Source: Takakia lepidozioides
Taxonomy: Eukaryota; Plantae; Bryophyta
Assembly: GCA_030704615.1 (NCBI GenBank)
Contig: CM060734.1
Coordinates: forward strand, 59,644,001-59,708,000
Direction: 5' to 3'
DNA: 64,000 nucleotides
Each line of letters begins with the position of its first letter. The stretch's first letter is position 1. A program made the translations under genes and the position numbers. The notes beneath the pieces were generated by a model that was not told where the DNA came from, did no database searches, and saw nothing but the letters and a program-made list of their open reading frames with translations. Below are positions 1 to 13,320 of this stretch, in pieces.

Positions 1-1502
1 TTGGAACTGGTCTGGGCGCAACTCAGGATGCAAACCATAGCACTGGGCTTCTCCATGCCCATACTTGCCACAATGCCCACACTGCAACTGTGCAGGCTGT
101 GCCAGTGCCAAACCATTTCCTCCCTCTGGGCAATCCTTCTCGACATGGGGTCCTCCACATGTCCAGCACACCACATCCGCCCGTTGTTGGCCAGCAAATG
201 AAGGGAGAAAACCCTGCATCTGAGGTCCTCTCTGCCCTTTCCTGGGCTTCACCCGAGCCCCCTTGTTGTCTTGAGCATGTTGAGGTAGTGGCTGGCTAAG
301 AGCACCACTACCCCGTGGTGCCTCCTTAGCAAATCCCACCATGACCACTCGTTCCTCCACCATGTTGAGCTCTATCTGCTCTGCCAGCAAAAACACATTT
401 GCTAAGGTGGGTTGGGCCGCTTGTAGGAGAGTTGCATCCCGCACCCTTCTCCTCAGCTCCTTGTCCAATATCCCGTACCAGAACTGGACTGCCTGGGCCT
501 CCGTAACCCCTTGGGTTACATCAATCAAGTGCCTCATGCGAGTGAAAGCCTCCCTCAAGCTCTCAGTAGGCTTCCGTTGGAACTCTTGCAAGCTCATCAA
601 TTTCTCTGTCCTCACTGTTTGGTAGTTCCTTCTCAACTCTTTGAAGAACTCCACAACAGGGTTGAAGGCAGGCACCGCCACTGGTGTTGGTGCAGCAGTA
701 GCTTGGGTGGACGTCGTAGTTGTTGTACCACTAGTCTTTACCAAGTCTCAGAGACAAGAACTTGCACTGAAGCGTCGCCAAGAAGAAAGGGCCGAGCAGA
801 TGAAAATGTGAAATTTCTTGGAAGTGTTTTAGCAAGTTGTAAGAATATCTAGTAGATTAATATCAGACTGTTGATGATTAAGAATTCAAATGCTGTTGGT
901 GTGTGATGTATGTTGTCATGTGTTCTTATGTAGCAACCATGTTTACCCAAATTTTGCCAATCACTAACGTGACATTGTGGTCAACTCATTGGCAAACTCA
1001 ACTTTATTATTTTCAGAGTCAGTTCTTATGTGGTGTGGGGAGCCCTACTAGTATTATATCCCTGCACTGCTGCACTTGCAAGAATGGGAATTTTAGTTCT
1101 AGAGCAAACTTGACCGTAGCTGTCCTCTTTCTAGTACATCCTCCACTCCTCGATCTCAACATTGTGCCCCCACCTTAACTCATGGTAATCATCCATGGGC
1201 GGCCCCTCAAGGTGCTGAAACAGCCCCTTCCATGCCATGAAAGACGTAAACAGTTGTGGATTGCGCATTTGCTGCAAGTCACACCAACTATCAAACTCTT
1301 GGATAAAGTCATCCAACTTGATGGTACCCACCACCCCAGAGTATCCTCGTGGCTCCTTGGTGGCTCCATACATCTCTTCCATTGTGTCCCACAACAATGG
1401 CAAGGAAACAACTTGCACCGCCGGTGTGAGTCCTCCTGATTCACAATCCGAATCAGAACCTTCCATAGAAGACACAGAAGGTGAAGGTGGCCTAAACCGC
1501 AC
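1..1502 (-). pseudogene. Retrotransposon Gag (capsid-like region and two zinc knuckles), interrupted by an insertion at about 736-1130
   Basis: ORF 1131-1502 (KLDDFIQEFDSWCD...KGLFQHLEGPPMDDYHE). A manual minus-strand translation of about 1-730 gives PVVEFFKELRRNYQTVRTEKLMSLQEFQRKPTESLREAFTRMRHLI..., then CWTCGGPHVEKDC (about 128-170) and CGHCGKYGHGEAQC (about 38-85, CX2CX4HX4C). Confidence 0.85.
731..1130 (+). other. Captured host-gene fragment inside gag, resembling the N-terminus of the DEAD-box helicase PRP28/DDX23 (RH21)
   Basis: 731-807 translates to LVFTKSQRQELALKRRQEERAEQMK, similar to the PRP28-family segment PVFLTKAQREELALKRRQ as I recall it. Intron-like AT-rich DNA follows. CTAGT occurs at both junctions (731-735 and 1131-1135). 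Confidence 0.55.
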
Positions 1503-1587
1503 ACCTCATCTCGTATACCCGCTAGTATCGCTAGTGCTCGTACCGGCACTTTCCCCAGCAACTAGTGGCACCTCCGTGTTGACAATC

Positions 1588-4159
1588 TGACACTCAACTG
1601 GTCATGAACACGTCCCTAAACCCCTCTCCACAAGGTAACCGGGTAGAGAACCTGATGCGGCTTATGGTTTGGAATACTAGGTTCCTAACATAGCCTGCAC
1701 CTGCACCTGCATCCACCACAGGAACTCCTATGGTTGGCTGGTCATCACCTCCAACCTCACCACAAGAGAAACAAAGATGGTCTGACTGGTCATCAACCCA
1801 GCCTCACCATCGACAGCATGCTCTAGGGTTGGATCGGCGATCAAGCCCGAGTCAACCACCTATAAAATCAAGCGCCACACAAAACTAGCATGGCGCACAA
1901 TCAAGCATGCAGGTATGGAGGGGATCCAAACGCAAGAATGAAAACAACAACTCTCCCACACCAAAAACAACTCCACAGTGTCACTCCTGCAACCCAGCCC
2001 AAATCCGGACTGACTCTCTTGCCTCCACCCACGGAAAGGTCTCGGCCTACACAGAAGGTGGAAAACTACGAGGAATGGAAGCTAAAGCAATGCCTATCCC
2101 CCATCACGCTCTCATCCCAACACCCTTTTTTTTCCCTCTCTTCTCTCACTTGCATGACCATGAGAGCATCCTGTAGACACTCCTCAAACCGCCCTCCACG
2201 AGCTCATGAAACTTGGCCTCCAAGGCCCCATGCAAGCCTCCACAGGGTCCGCCAGTGCCTCCTTATGTCCACCAGCCATTCCTCATAATGGAACCACCAC
2301 AGGAAACCACACCATTCGCTGAAGGTTAAAAAATGGAGCAAATAGAGGTACATATAGGCCCAAACAACATTCTGTCCAAAGGAATTACCTGCAGGCTGGT
2401 CTCCCCCATAGTTAAGAATTGGGCTGAAAACCCGAAAAGATTACCTGCAGGGAGTAATCCCCTTTGTTAAAATGCAACAGGGAGGCAATTCTAACTTTTC
2501 TGCCGGATCAGCTAGCTCAAAACTGTTGTTCTTCAGAGCCCAACCTCCTCATCAAGGTCCCACGAAACGAGTGAATTGTTTTTTTTTTTTGCCACTCTGG
2601 CTGTTCGCGACCTTCCATGGCTGCAACCGCCACGACTCCTCATGGCTCCCCCTAGGCGCTCGTTGGCCACGGGCTGCCCCGTGATACGTACCACGCCCAC
2701 GAGCCTTCACGGCCCGCCATCCCCACGATCTGGTCACCGTGCCAACCCGTTGTGTCCACACCACGACTTCCAACGGTCACGGTCAACGGTCATGGTCAAC
2801 GGTCACGGTCAACAGTCATGACCTGGGCTCGTGGTATCTTGTGATACCGCCCCAACGGACCATCACGACCACTATTCCCTGCGTTCCCTAGAACTCCCAC
2901 GAGTTTTCATCCGTTCCTGGGCGTTCCCACGCCTTCCCGAGCTCTTCCCGAGCTGGGGTTTGCTCTTGCACCTGCTGCCGCTGAGCTATGGCTTATGCGG
3001 AGCCATCAGCCCCGTCGCCCTGCCCTCCTGAGCTCTCACGGCCCACTAGAAGCGCCCCCAACTCAACAGACAAGCTATATGCTGCCCAACAAACTCTATT
3101 TCTTCATGAAGCTCACAAAAACGAATTTGAAAATACACACATTCACAAACTTGGTGCACATGCACTTCTCATGCATATCCCCTGGCTCTAGGACGCCTTG
3201 CTACTGCCCTTCCAGCCCCGCTCTTGCCACTCCAAGAGCCCTCGCCGTGCTAGAGTTTCAGATTGAAACTTCCAACTCAAACACATGCTTCACAAATGCA
3301 CTAATTTGCATACAAGAGGGACCAGCCCCCTCTCTTCACTCATACCTCTTCATGAGCTTGAAGCTGAATCTCCCAACGGGCTGCGATGCATCCCCTCGCA
3401 GCTCCACCATTCGGCTGCTCCTCATCTACCCGCAACAACTAGTTTCGGGTAGAAATACCTGGAGCTGATCATATCATCTCCAACCTGCAACACGCTAGCT
3501 TCCCATGCGCAACCCACATTCCTGCAGCTCCTTAACTCGGCCTGCAGCTGAAGAAGACGACCACCAGTTCGCCCACTTGTGACCAGCATCTCCCTCGCTT
3601 CACACTAGAAGCCCAAACTTGGTTGTCATAGCGTTGAGCTATGCAACGCCGCTCTTCAACATAGGCTACCCGCCTCTCTATCCATTGCAAACGTGCAACA
3701 TGTTCGCCTTTGCACTCTATCCACTTTGGATAGGCTCATACACGGATCCCTGCACTCTAGGCTGAACCGCTTCTCATGAAAACACAAGTGTTACAAAACA
3801 ACTCGAACCTGGCACTCACAGACTCAAGCTCATCTTTCTCGAGTGATAAGGAAAGAGAATGATACAAGCACACAAACTCTCTCAAACTCACACACTTGCA
3901 CATGAAAACATCACTCATATTAAGTCGAGCCAAGTGCACCCCATGCCATGGGGAATCCACACTATAGCGCCATAGCTAGATGCGGTGAGGCTCAACTCGA
4001 GAAAGATGAGCCCACCGCGATCTGCCGTGAAGATAACAATGCCAAGTGCCAAAACATATATTAGCCCCTGGATTGACACTCGGGTCAATCCCAAATGTCA
4101 ATATATAAAAGCTAGCTATTTCCTAGCTAACTTCACACTAGTGGTAAAATAACTTGACA
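1588..4159 (-). repeat. Long terminal repeat (about 2.6 kb) of Gypsy copy 1
   Basis: TG start at 4159 (-). The inner boundary is near 1577-1588, from comparison with ...GAATGACA at 57534 in copy 2. Homologous blocks are shared with 47023-47687 and 55476-57534. Confidence 0.75.
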
Positions 4160-5385
4160 AACGCATTATTGTTTCTTTGACATCAAAAGCAGACGGGAGT
4201 ATTAAACTACCTCCATTTGTCATCAACAAGTCAAATAAGCCTCATGCATAATTTATACGTTCGGAAACTATAGGTATCTTGTGGTCCAACAACAAAAAGG
4301 CATGGATGATCATTCATTTATTTGAGAAATTTTTACTCGACTTTGAAAGGATGCGACTGGCTGACAATGAAAAAGTTGTGCTCCTGCTGGACAACTTCCT
4401 TTGGGCGTAAGGTGGTGAATATTGGTGAGCAATTATGCATTACCACCACTATTGTCATGTTGCCTCTTAACACCACTAGTAAGTAGAATCCAATAGACGC
4501 TGGAATCATCAAATGTTTCAGGGCTCATTATAGAAGGCTTTTCATTAATCATCAGATTGATGCTTTGATAGATAATAGAGATCATTCTCTTGATGTGTAC
4601 TAAGCTGTGGTTATGTTTGAAAAAACATGGCGTATTTCAGTGGATTCTACTACGATCAAACATTGTTGGCGGCAATGTGGTTTGTTTTGTTTGCCCAATT
4701 TAGATGAGAATGAGGGCGAGAATTCTATTAGACAGACTCCTGAAATTGTAGAGGTTGACAGATTGTTAGAACGTTTTGCAAAGGTCTCACTCACTCACCA
4801 TAGAGATTGCTCTATGATGGATTCTCGAGAATATGTCGAGCTCAATTCGATTTGGAAGAGCCATTTGAACCAACTAATGAGGAGATTTGGGATATGGTCA
4901 TCCCTAGTGAAAAAATTAAGAGAAGAAGAAGACTCTGTGGTTTCAGATGTACCGTTTACTTCGTTTTCAGGTTTATTTTCTGAAATGAAAGCATCTTTAG
5001 AAACTGTGCATTTATACCTTGCACAACAACCTTTTGATACTAGTACTTTGCTCTCAAACTGTCTCTCCATAGAGAAAGAGGTTTGTCATGCTAAGCAGTC
5101 AAACTACCGGCAAATGGACATTACTTCGTATTTTCAACCCTCTAATGAATTATAAATATTGAATTATGTTTGATTGAAGAAATAATGTATGCAGTGAAGG
5201 CTCTATGTACTAAACCCTAAATCTTTTGAACTATTATTTTTGATGGTTTTGACCTGTTGTATTGTTTTCTTCTCAAATGTTATGTTTTGGATTTTGACCC
5301 CTATTCAAGTTATCTGATATATATACATAAATGTTATACTATTTGTGCTCTATAGGCATAAGAATTATCCATAGGGTTGACTGTA
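4160..5385 (+). mobile_element. pogo/Tigger-like (DDE_1, CENP-B-related) DNA transposon remnant, 3' half
   Basis: Degenerate translation: RIIVSLTSKADGSIKLPPFVINKS..WSNNKKAWM..F..KVVLLLDNF..LPLNTTSK*NPIDAGIIKCFRAHYRR, continuing into ORF 4607-5155. The end is GGTTGACTG|TA (5375-5385), i.e. a TA-flanked CAGT-type TIR. The 5' half is displaced by the LTR insertion at 4159/4160. Confidence 0.85.
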
Positions 5386-7025
5386 TTGCCCAATACCAAT
5401 CGTAACTCATAACCAAAGCAACTTGGTTACCCAAACCTCTCCAAGGATTGAAAAGTCAAAAGTCCAAAAGTCCACAATGGGTCTCTTCACCCAATTACCT
5501 CCACTTTCACAATGGGTACATCAAAAAGCCCCTCAATCTTGGACCTCCGCCCTCAGAAGGTACACAATGGTGCGCGCTCTCCTCCCCCTGCCTCTACTAC
5601 TTATTTACTAAGTTAGTAACTACTTTAGTGGGCACACGAAAGGCCCTAAAATAAACGCAAACATGAACCATAGCTAAACTAATTTATTGAATACCTGAGC
5701 TGAAATAAGCCCCCCTAGAAAGACATCACATACACCCTATATGGCTTAGAATCACTTGTAAGGCGACCTTGTGCCCTAACTATTGCTAGATTTTTTATTT
5801 CATTTTATTTTATTTTGAAAGAGAAACACCTAGGAGAGCGACAAGATTCTTTGACCTGATAAATATTTCTGATTTAGTGAATTTATTTCCTGTTATTTGT
5901 ATCCACTTCCAACCAATCATGTTTTGAAAATAAATTTGTCATCAACCCCTAAACCATTTATTATATGGACACGCTAAAGCAAACGACACTTGACCCCTAC
6001 TGCCTTCATGGAAGGTGACACCTTTATCATATCGAACATGTGGTTTGAACCGTTGCACTACTGAAGCGATTATGCCTTACCAACCACTAGGCTCAATGTC
6101 GTACACTCTGCATTGGATATGCTTACAGAACTACAACGTGGGATCATTTGATTAGTCAAATCACGTGACCACGACAAAAAATATTTGCAAGTGTCACGGT
6201 TTCAGTCATTGACTTACCACGTGGCAATTGGCGACAGTGTGGACAGTGGGAGGGGTGTGGGCGGGATACAAGACAGTGGCGGGGATCCCTTACGTGGCAG
6301 GCTACCAGGTTGCCAGAACATTTGGCGCCACCGGCGTGGGGCCGGAATTTTCTGACACTGTTCTTGTGCACTTTTCCGGGACACATTGATAGGCCGGCAA
6401 CCCCAAATCCCAGCCCTTGAGGATTGGGTTGGCCCCCTGCAATGGAGGGCCCACCCTGCGTAAAGCACTGCCGAATTTTTTTGTTTGTCTCTATCGTGCC
6501 CCTAAAAAACCGAATTCATCTGGGTGCATTCCACCTGGCGGATTAGACCCAATCAGCTCCCTCGGGTGCATTCCGAAATGCAGAATGCACCGGCCATTAG
6601 ATTTTTTAAACAATTTTTTGGCATTTCTTTATGCAGGGTAATGCCCCTCGTGTGGGGCCGGATTTTCGGCCCTTCCCCTCGGGCTACCGGCCTCTGCGGT
6701 AGGCCGTTAAATCCGAGAATGCCCTCCCCTCAGGGCATTACCCTATACAAAACCCGTCAAACACATACGTCAGGGTACTGCGAAAAACCTTCATTATGAG
6801 GGGCCACAATGAGAGTTGACGTAGGTGGCCTGCTGGCATCTATGGGCCTATGCTTGTCAGAAATCTGGGCAAGAGGTCCTAAAATCCCAAATTGGCCCCA
6901 CGTTAATTGGCCCTGCCCGAGGCAGCACTGTTCTCATGGTGAGGAGCCACTTCATACGTAAGCTTAAACGGACATAGCTATTGATTATGCCCTAATTCAT
7001 GCCATGTTATTTTGCATAATCTGCC

Positions 7026-7151
7026 AGGCCCATATTCAACCAATGCGGAGGATTCCATCATCCCCACCTTTTGTGGTATTTTCAGGCCCATATTCAGCCA
7101 ATGCGGCGGAATCCGCCATCCCCACCTTTTGTGGTATTTTAAGGCCCATAT
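7026..7151. repeat. Tandem repeat of about 58 bp, about 2.2 copies
   Basis: The unit AGGCCCATATTCA(A/G)CCAATGCGG...ATCCCCACCTTTTGTGGTATTTT is repeated directly. Confidence 0.8.
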
Positions 7152-7649
7152 TTTGTAACCCCTTGATGTACATTTTTTATATTTATACGCCATGAGCTCG
7201 CCTTCATGTGGATCTGAAGGCCAACTGAAGGCAAGTGCATGAATTCGTTTATGTGGAGTATTATGAGTCAATTTCTTTACTGCTCCTGAGGGCTCATAGA
7301 ATCAAGTGCAGCTGCATTTGGCAGATTAAAAATTATAGAGTAGTTTGTGAAGTTGTCGAATGACTGTCCGATATTCATAACGCAAGGAGCAAGAGTCAGC
7401 TTGTCAATTTCAGCCAATACAGGAGGCGGGGTCCAGAAGCTATCGTCATCGCTTGGAACCTGCTCAACAACTTTAACCTACAAATCTTCCGATGCAACTT
7501 TCTTCACAATCCTTCTATTTGGTGTTCGACAATCTGAGTTATGAGGCTCTCATGCATGAAGGACGAGTAACGGGACAAGTATTCAATGTCGACGGCACAA
7601 GCTGCATATCACGTCCACCTGCATTTTGAAATCTAGCATACTATTGAAG

Positions 7650-10559
7650 CGCTTTTTGGACAACCGTCCTGGTCAGTGCCATATCGCATAAAACCTTCAA
7701 CTAAATTGTGACCCGTCATCTACTTGCCAAGGATGGCAGGAACCTCCATTGCATTGAACCTAGTCACAGAAGTGATCCTTGCATTTTTGTTGGTGAATAC
7801 ACCTTTATTGCAACCTGGTACATTTTTATCATTTCGGAGAGTCACTTGGAGATGACTTCACTCCAATACGAGCTTTAGAGTACCACTGCCAGGTAACAAA
7901 GAATCCAGATCAAGAATTGAATAGGAAGCTCACTATATTCAAATCAAAGCCTGATTGAACGAGAAGGAACGTGAAGCTAAATCCTGAATCCAACAATGGA
8001 AGAGGAAGCTAACTATCGAATGGAATACTAGATCGAACAAAAAAGTATCGACTACCGAATTGAACATAAAGAGCTTTGACTAATGGATTTACTAAAACAC
8101 TACAGGAAAAAATGGGGGTTAGCGACACCGCGACGTCACTAAAGCCCCCTTTTGGGGTAGGGGGAGGGGCCCTTTTTGCGACGCCCGGACGTCGCAAGCC
8201 TGTCGCAACAGTGTCGCTAGAATATCGTCGTTGTTTTGCGACGGATGGAGGTCGCTACTAAGATACGCCGGGGCGACTTGCGATGCCCTAACGTCGTTTT
8301 TTTTTTGTTTTTTGTTTTGTTTTTTGGGTTCCTTCTCTGTAATGCCGAATTAGCGATGTCCAGTGCGACCTCCGGACGTTGCAGTTTAGGGGGGTACATT
8401 TTGAATTTTGATGGGAAATTTTGAATTTGAAATTCAAAAACTTGTTGACGGTTATGTCCAATGGCAATACGTTCATTGTTCCACATATACTAGTTAGGCA
8501 ATGCATACTTGAACATAGGACCTCCACATTATAACATTTCTAAGACACTATAGACTAACCAACACACTTACGATACATCTATGTATCACAATAACAGTCT
8601 AAGTATATATATACATATCAAGATTTCTTTCAAGTTTCTTCTAAGGGGTCCCTCTTGTGACGCGGGGAGTTGCAACCTCCGCAGCCTTAAGTGCCCAGCC
8701 TCAGTCCCAGCGTCGTCGCTGTTGTTACAGCCCCAGCGCTAGGCGCCCCAAATGACGTCATTGTGATGACCTAAGTTGGCTACGACATTGTTGCGACCCC
8801 ATGACGTCGCAGCATTGGGCACCCCAACGACGCTTTTGTGACGTTGGGGGCTGCAAGGCCCCCCCAAAAAAAAACCCCACAGTGGCAACGCCGTTGCGAC
8901 CCTCCGGTGTCACAGCGTTGGGTGCCCCAGCGCGGGGCGTCGCAACGCCAAATAATAATAATAATAATAATAATAAAATTGGGCATTGCGACCCCTGACG
9001 TTCCAACCCCCCGCGGTGACGCACCTTGCGACGGCTGGACGTCGCAACGGGGGATTGTGACGTCGGGGCGTCGCAAAAAGATGCCGCGGGGGTGGCGTCG
9101 CAGGCCCAACGCCACGCCCAGCTTGGGGGCGTGGCTGGCATCGCTAACCCAACCCCCCCCCCCCCCCCCCCCCACCCTCCCCACATTTTCCTCTAATGAA
9201 AGAAACACTAAGGAGAAAGTACAACCAAGAGGAACGGCAGATAATTTGTACCACGCCTGAATTGCGTAAAATGCTGATGATAGCACTTAGTAAAAGAGGA
9301 TGACGGCCTAGTTCGTTGCTATCCCAAAGTGGAGGATGGTCGTAGTAAGTTTGGAATGTATCGACGATATCAGGAATTGTGCATTACAAAGGCTTGCGCC
9401 ACCTTTTTGGTTGGCACTAGGCCAAATCTACTTTGTGAATTTTAATTCCATTTCGTCAAACCATATGAAGCGCTTCCCATCACTTCCTATACCAAAGCTG
9501 AAGTCGACATCCTGAAGGTTATGGAATTCTTCCTAGGCTCGAATACCAAAGTTACGATTGCAAAACAAACTAGGCCTAACTGACAGCCCAGATCAGTACG
9601 TTGCATGAAATCTTGATTCAACATGAACGTTTTAGCATCCAGTGTAAGTCCACTAGTAACCTATCTCTTCCGACCTACCCCAAGCTTAGCAGATCGCCTT
9701 ACAGAGATTACACAAGCTACACAGACATTTTTGAACCTCGCGTCGTAGGTAATGTTGAATGCTTCTGCCGGCAATCCAGATGCCATGGATCTTTCTTCAA
9801 GTCTGGCCCATATGGCTCTTCCAATACCTCGAAGTAAACACACAACACTACACAAGTTCATGTAAACAGATTACGGCCAGTTAGTATGAAATATAAGTCA
9901 AAAGATCAACAAAATCAAAGGAGGAAATTGAATAAAGAAGCGGGCAATTAGATTATGTAGAGTTCTTACATCTCGGCAGGATATAGCTTGCCATCCTTTC
10001 GTTGCACGTAAAGAAAAAAATCCTTCAGAAGATTTGTAAGGCGGGTAACGTTTGTTTCGAAGATATCTTCTACAGTTTGTTCTTGAGATAGGTTCCTGTA
10101 TTTCTGCCATGAATCAAAGCGATCTTTTGCCCACTTGCCCATCTTAAGGCTCTTCCGAGTGCTACCTTTTGAAACCTCTAATAGCTCTTTTTTGTCAAGT
10201 GTTCGGAAAGTTCCTTTATTGAGAATTTCCAACTCAACTGAACTTAGCGATAAAGAAGTAGAAGGCGGCTCGTTTGAAGGAGAAATATTCTCACTATCAT
10301 TCTGTAACAAAAGGTCTTCAATCTGATCTCCATACATATCAATGTCATTGATCCACTCATCGCACTCAAGATTTAACATAAGAATTGAATCTCTAGCAAC
10401 AACACTAGAAGAGACCATAAAACCTGAGGATGATGTAACACAAAGTGATGATGCCAAAGTAGGAAGAATGACATCTGAACATCTATTGACCAGTGCACCT
10501 TCTGAATCTGTTGACATAATGGAAGCGATAGGAGCGTCTTCATGAAAGTGGCCCCGCAA
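7650..10559 (-). pseudogene. Crypton-like tyrosine recombinase / DUF3504 (ZMYM/KIAA1958-type) gene, spliced and decayed
   Basis: Exon 9969-10559 reads ...KWAKDRFDSWQ...LTNLLKDFFLYVQRKDGKLYPAE. The next exon reads VVCLLRGIGR...FNITYDARFKNV...LGVGRK...NFGIRA*EEFHNLQDVDF (9500-9850). A distal exon reads WYSKARIG (7863-7885)...FTNKNARITSVTRF...MTGH...RY (7680-7800), matching the YR R / H-x-x-R / H / Y layout. In-frame stops and frameshifts are present. Confidence 0.7.
8098..9198. mobile_element. Non-autonomous CACTA (En/Spm) element
   Basis: The left end is CACTACAGGAAAA (8098) and the right end is TTTTCCTCTAATG (9198), a degenerate inverted copy. The 3-bp TSD AAA is present on both sides. Many subterminal GCGAC/GTCGC motifs occur; no transposase is seen. 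Confidence 0.85.
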
Positions 10560-12392
10560 GAGTCACTGATCAGAACAGACATAGAAAGAATATGCGAAGA
10601 GTCGCCATGACTAATCGACGAGAGACTTAGTCCAAGATCAAACAAATCTCTGAACTCGTACGCCGATTCTTTTGTAAATTGTTGGATGAGAAACAGTGAG
10701 TACTACCTATCTCCGTGAGGACGGACCCGAGATCTGACATTGAGAACCAAAGCTTGAAGTTGACAATAAAACCTAGAATTTTGCAATTGATGAGAAAAAC
10801 AACAAAGAAAAACCATGAGGAGTAGAAAGGGAGGGCATGCACGGCATATGCAGGAGCGCGAGCAGAAACAAACAGTGAACATTAGACTTGGAGAAGACGA
10901 CGTATATTAAACCCTAAATCATCGTATACTACATATGATATATATATGGTCAGAATACATATCTACGTCCCTTTATGCCAGGGGGCGGGCACGTAGTGCC
11001 GGTTATGGCTCCTACCAGTGCCTGCTCTCTAGTACGGAGCCATATTTCAACATTTACAGACATAAATGAGTTAAATATTTAGATAAATGGATGAAATATT
11101 AACTAATGGATGAATGGTTGGTGCAGGCTTGACGCATTACTCTTATTGACGAGATTGAAGAGTACGATATGCCTACATCTTCTTAGAGGTTTAATTTCCG
11201 AAACAATTCAACTGACAAACAACCTATCCGATCAAACTATGCTTGTGGTTGTGTTTGCCTCGGCAGAGAGATTATAGCTCCAACTCAATTTTAGCTTCAA
11301 AAGTTATAATCTTAACTACAATTTTCTAGGTTGCAAAAAGAACCCATGTTCTCTATTTTTATTTTTTTAAAGAATCTCTTATATTCAAAATAGTCAAAAT
11401 GAACTCCATCTTGCACCCCAAAACATTGCATTGGCACAAGGCAGCATTATACTTCTTACCAAGTCTAGCCTAATTAATTGTAGTTTTGCCTCATTGAATT
11501 ATTGACGGCATTAGCTCCAATGGTAATTTAAGATTGCCAACAATGAAAGAAATTTAGAAAAAATATTAAAAGAATGACATTCATTGGGAATAAAAATTGT
11601 TGGCCATGGTTGCTCTGTAGTTGATGGGTTTGAGCAAGTCAAGACTGCATGAAAGCCTAGATCAAATTGTAGGATTCAGTACCTATGTTCATGTCTTTTA
11701 CATCTTCTAGGAAACACCTTACAATGCTAGCAAGTTGCGAATTAGTTGACATCTATGAGTAATGTACATGAGGTGCAATATCTAAGGATAGTTCTTGAAT
11801 TTTTAGAAGCTAGTAAGAAGCCTGCATGACCTGTTATCAATACACATGTAATTTACAACTTACCGCACATGTATTTTGAGTAGCACTGACACATATCCAG
11901 GTGAAGAAGAGCTGAACTAGATAGGCCGAGTAGTTGGATCAATAGGTAGAATAGGTATTTGTGTGATTCAAACTTTGTGTCTATTAGGCATCTTCAATAC
12001 GGCGTTTAGGGGAGTTTGCAATGGCCATGTGACGGCTAGGATGGGGTCCCAATTGGCGATGGTCTGCCGTCACACTTGAATCATCACTAATTTTGCGCCG
12101 CAACATGGGCGTAGCAATATAGATAATCTTACTGTGATTGATATTGATCCCGAAATTAATACATGGCACCATCCACCAAAGTAATGTCGTCTAACTTGAG
12201 GTAGCTAACACATTTCCAACCCACAATGTACCTCTACGCTATAACACCATTAAGACTGTGCACACTCTAGCTTGTTCCTAGGTACCACAAATCTAATTGT
12301 TTTACACTTAGTGCTTGTAATGCATCAACACGTTGCTACATATGGAGGCTGAAATATAAATTTAGATTCAGTACATACAGTAGAAAGGTAAA

Positions 12393-13320
12393 TTAAATAC
12401 GTTGGATATGCCTAAGCACGAGTGTATGGTGCCTCCGGTTGGCCATGCATCTCTTTCCCATTTCCAAAGCTGCCAGGGTAGTGTTCAGATTGACATTTGG
12501 CACAATTCTGGCTTTGATGATATCCCCATGCACCTCTTGCCCTTCTCTAGGGCTGCCAGGCTTGCACGCACATTGCAAATGCACACAAACATGATGTGCT
12601 TCCCCCATCATTTGCTCATAGCTCTCCAAAGCCTCCATCCCACGTCCCTGCCATGCATACCTTGCAAGCATCGCACTCCACGACACCACATCTCGTTGGC
12701 TTCGAACACTCCCTTTGCATCCTAGATGCACCCACATTTTGCAAACATGTTCACCAAGGTATTGTTCAGAATGACATCTGGTACAATTCCAGCTCTGAAG
12801 ATGTTGCCATGGACCTCTTTCCCCTTTTCCAAAACTGCCAAGGCAGTGTTCAGATTGACATTTGGCACAATTCCAACTTTGATGTCCCCATGCACCTATT
12901 GCCCTTCTCTAGGGCTGCCAGGCTTGCACAAGCATTGCAAATACACACAAACATGATGTGCTTCCCCAATATTTTGCTCATAGCTCTCCAAAGCCTCCAT
13001 CCCACGTCCCTGCCATGCATACCCTACAAGCATCGCACTCCACGACACCACATCTCTTTCAGCCATAGTGTCGAACACTCCCTTTGCATCCTAGATGCAC
13101 CCACATTTTGCATACATGTCCACCAGGGTATGGTTCAGAATGACATTTGAACAATTCGAGCTCTGAAGATGTCGCCAAGGACCTCTTTCCCCTTTTCTAG
13201 AGCTGTCAGGGCAGTGTTCATAATGACATTTGGTGCAATTCTAGCTTTGATGATATCCCCATGCACCTCTTTGCCCTTGTCTAGGGCTGCTAGGCTTGCA
13301 CAAGCGAAGTTAGCAATTGT
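12393..13320 (-). pseudogene. PLS-class PPR gene fragments with internal tandem duplication
   Basis: The motifs RDVVSWSAML.GYA.QGRG.EAL, ACASLAALDKGKEVHGDIIKA and N.LV.MYAKCG are repeated, with frameshifts. 12485-12860 duplicates 12850-13230. Confidence 0.85.

Larger units (their letters stand above)
1..4159 (-). mobile_element. Ty3/Gypsy-type LTR retrotransposon copy 1 (5' LTR plus gag; the rest runs off the window start)
   Basis: On the minus strand it begins TGTCAAGTTATTTTACCACTAGTG at 4159, identical to the start at 47023 (+). Homology also covers 3200-3255 vs 47660-47687/55476-55495 and 1540-1670 vs 57450-57590. Gag coding sequence follows the LTR. Confidence 0.85.

Noticed and set aside
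8758-9286. ORFs with poly-G, poly-P, poly-I and poly-N runs
   Set aside because: They are artefacts of the poly-C tract and (AAT)n microsatellite inside the non-coding CACTA element.
11340-12200. A possible decayed transposase remnant
   Set aside because: No recognisable motif was found in the frames I translated.
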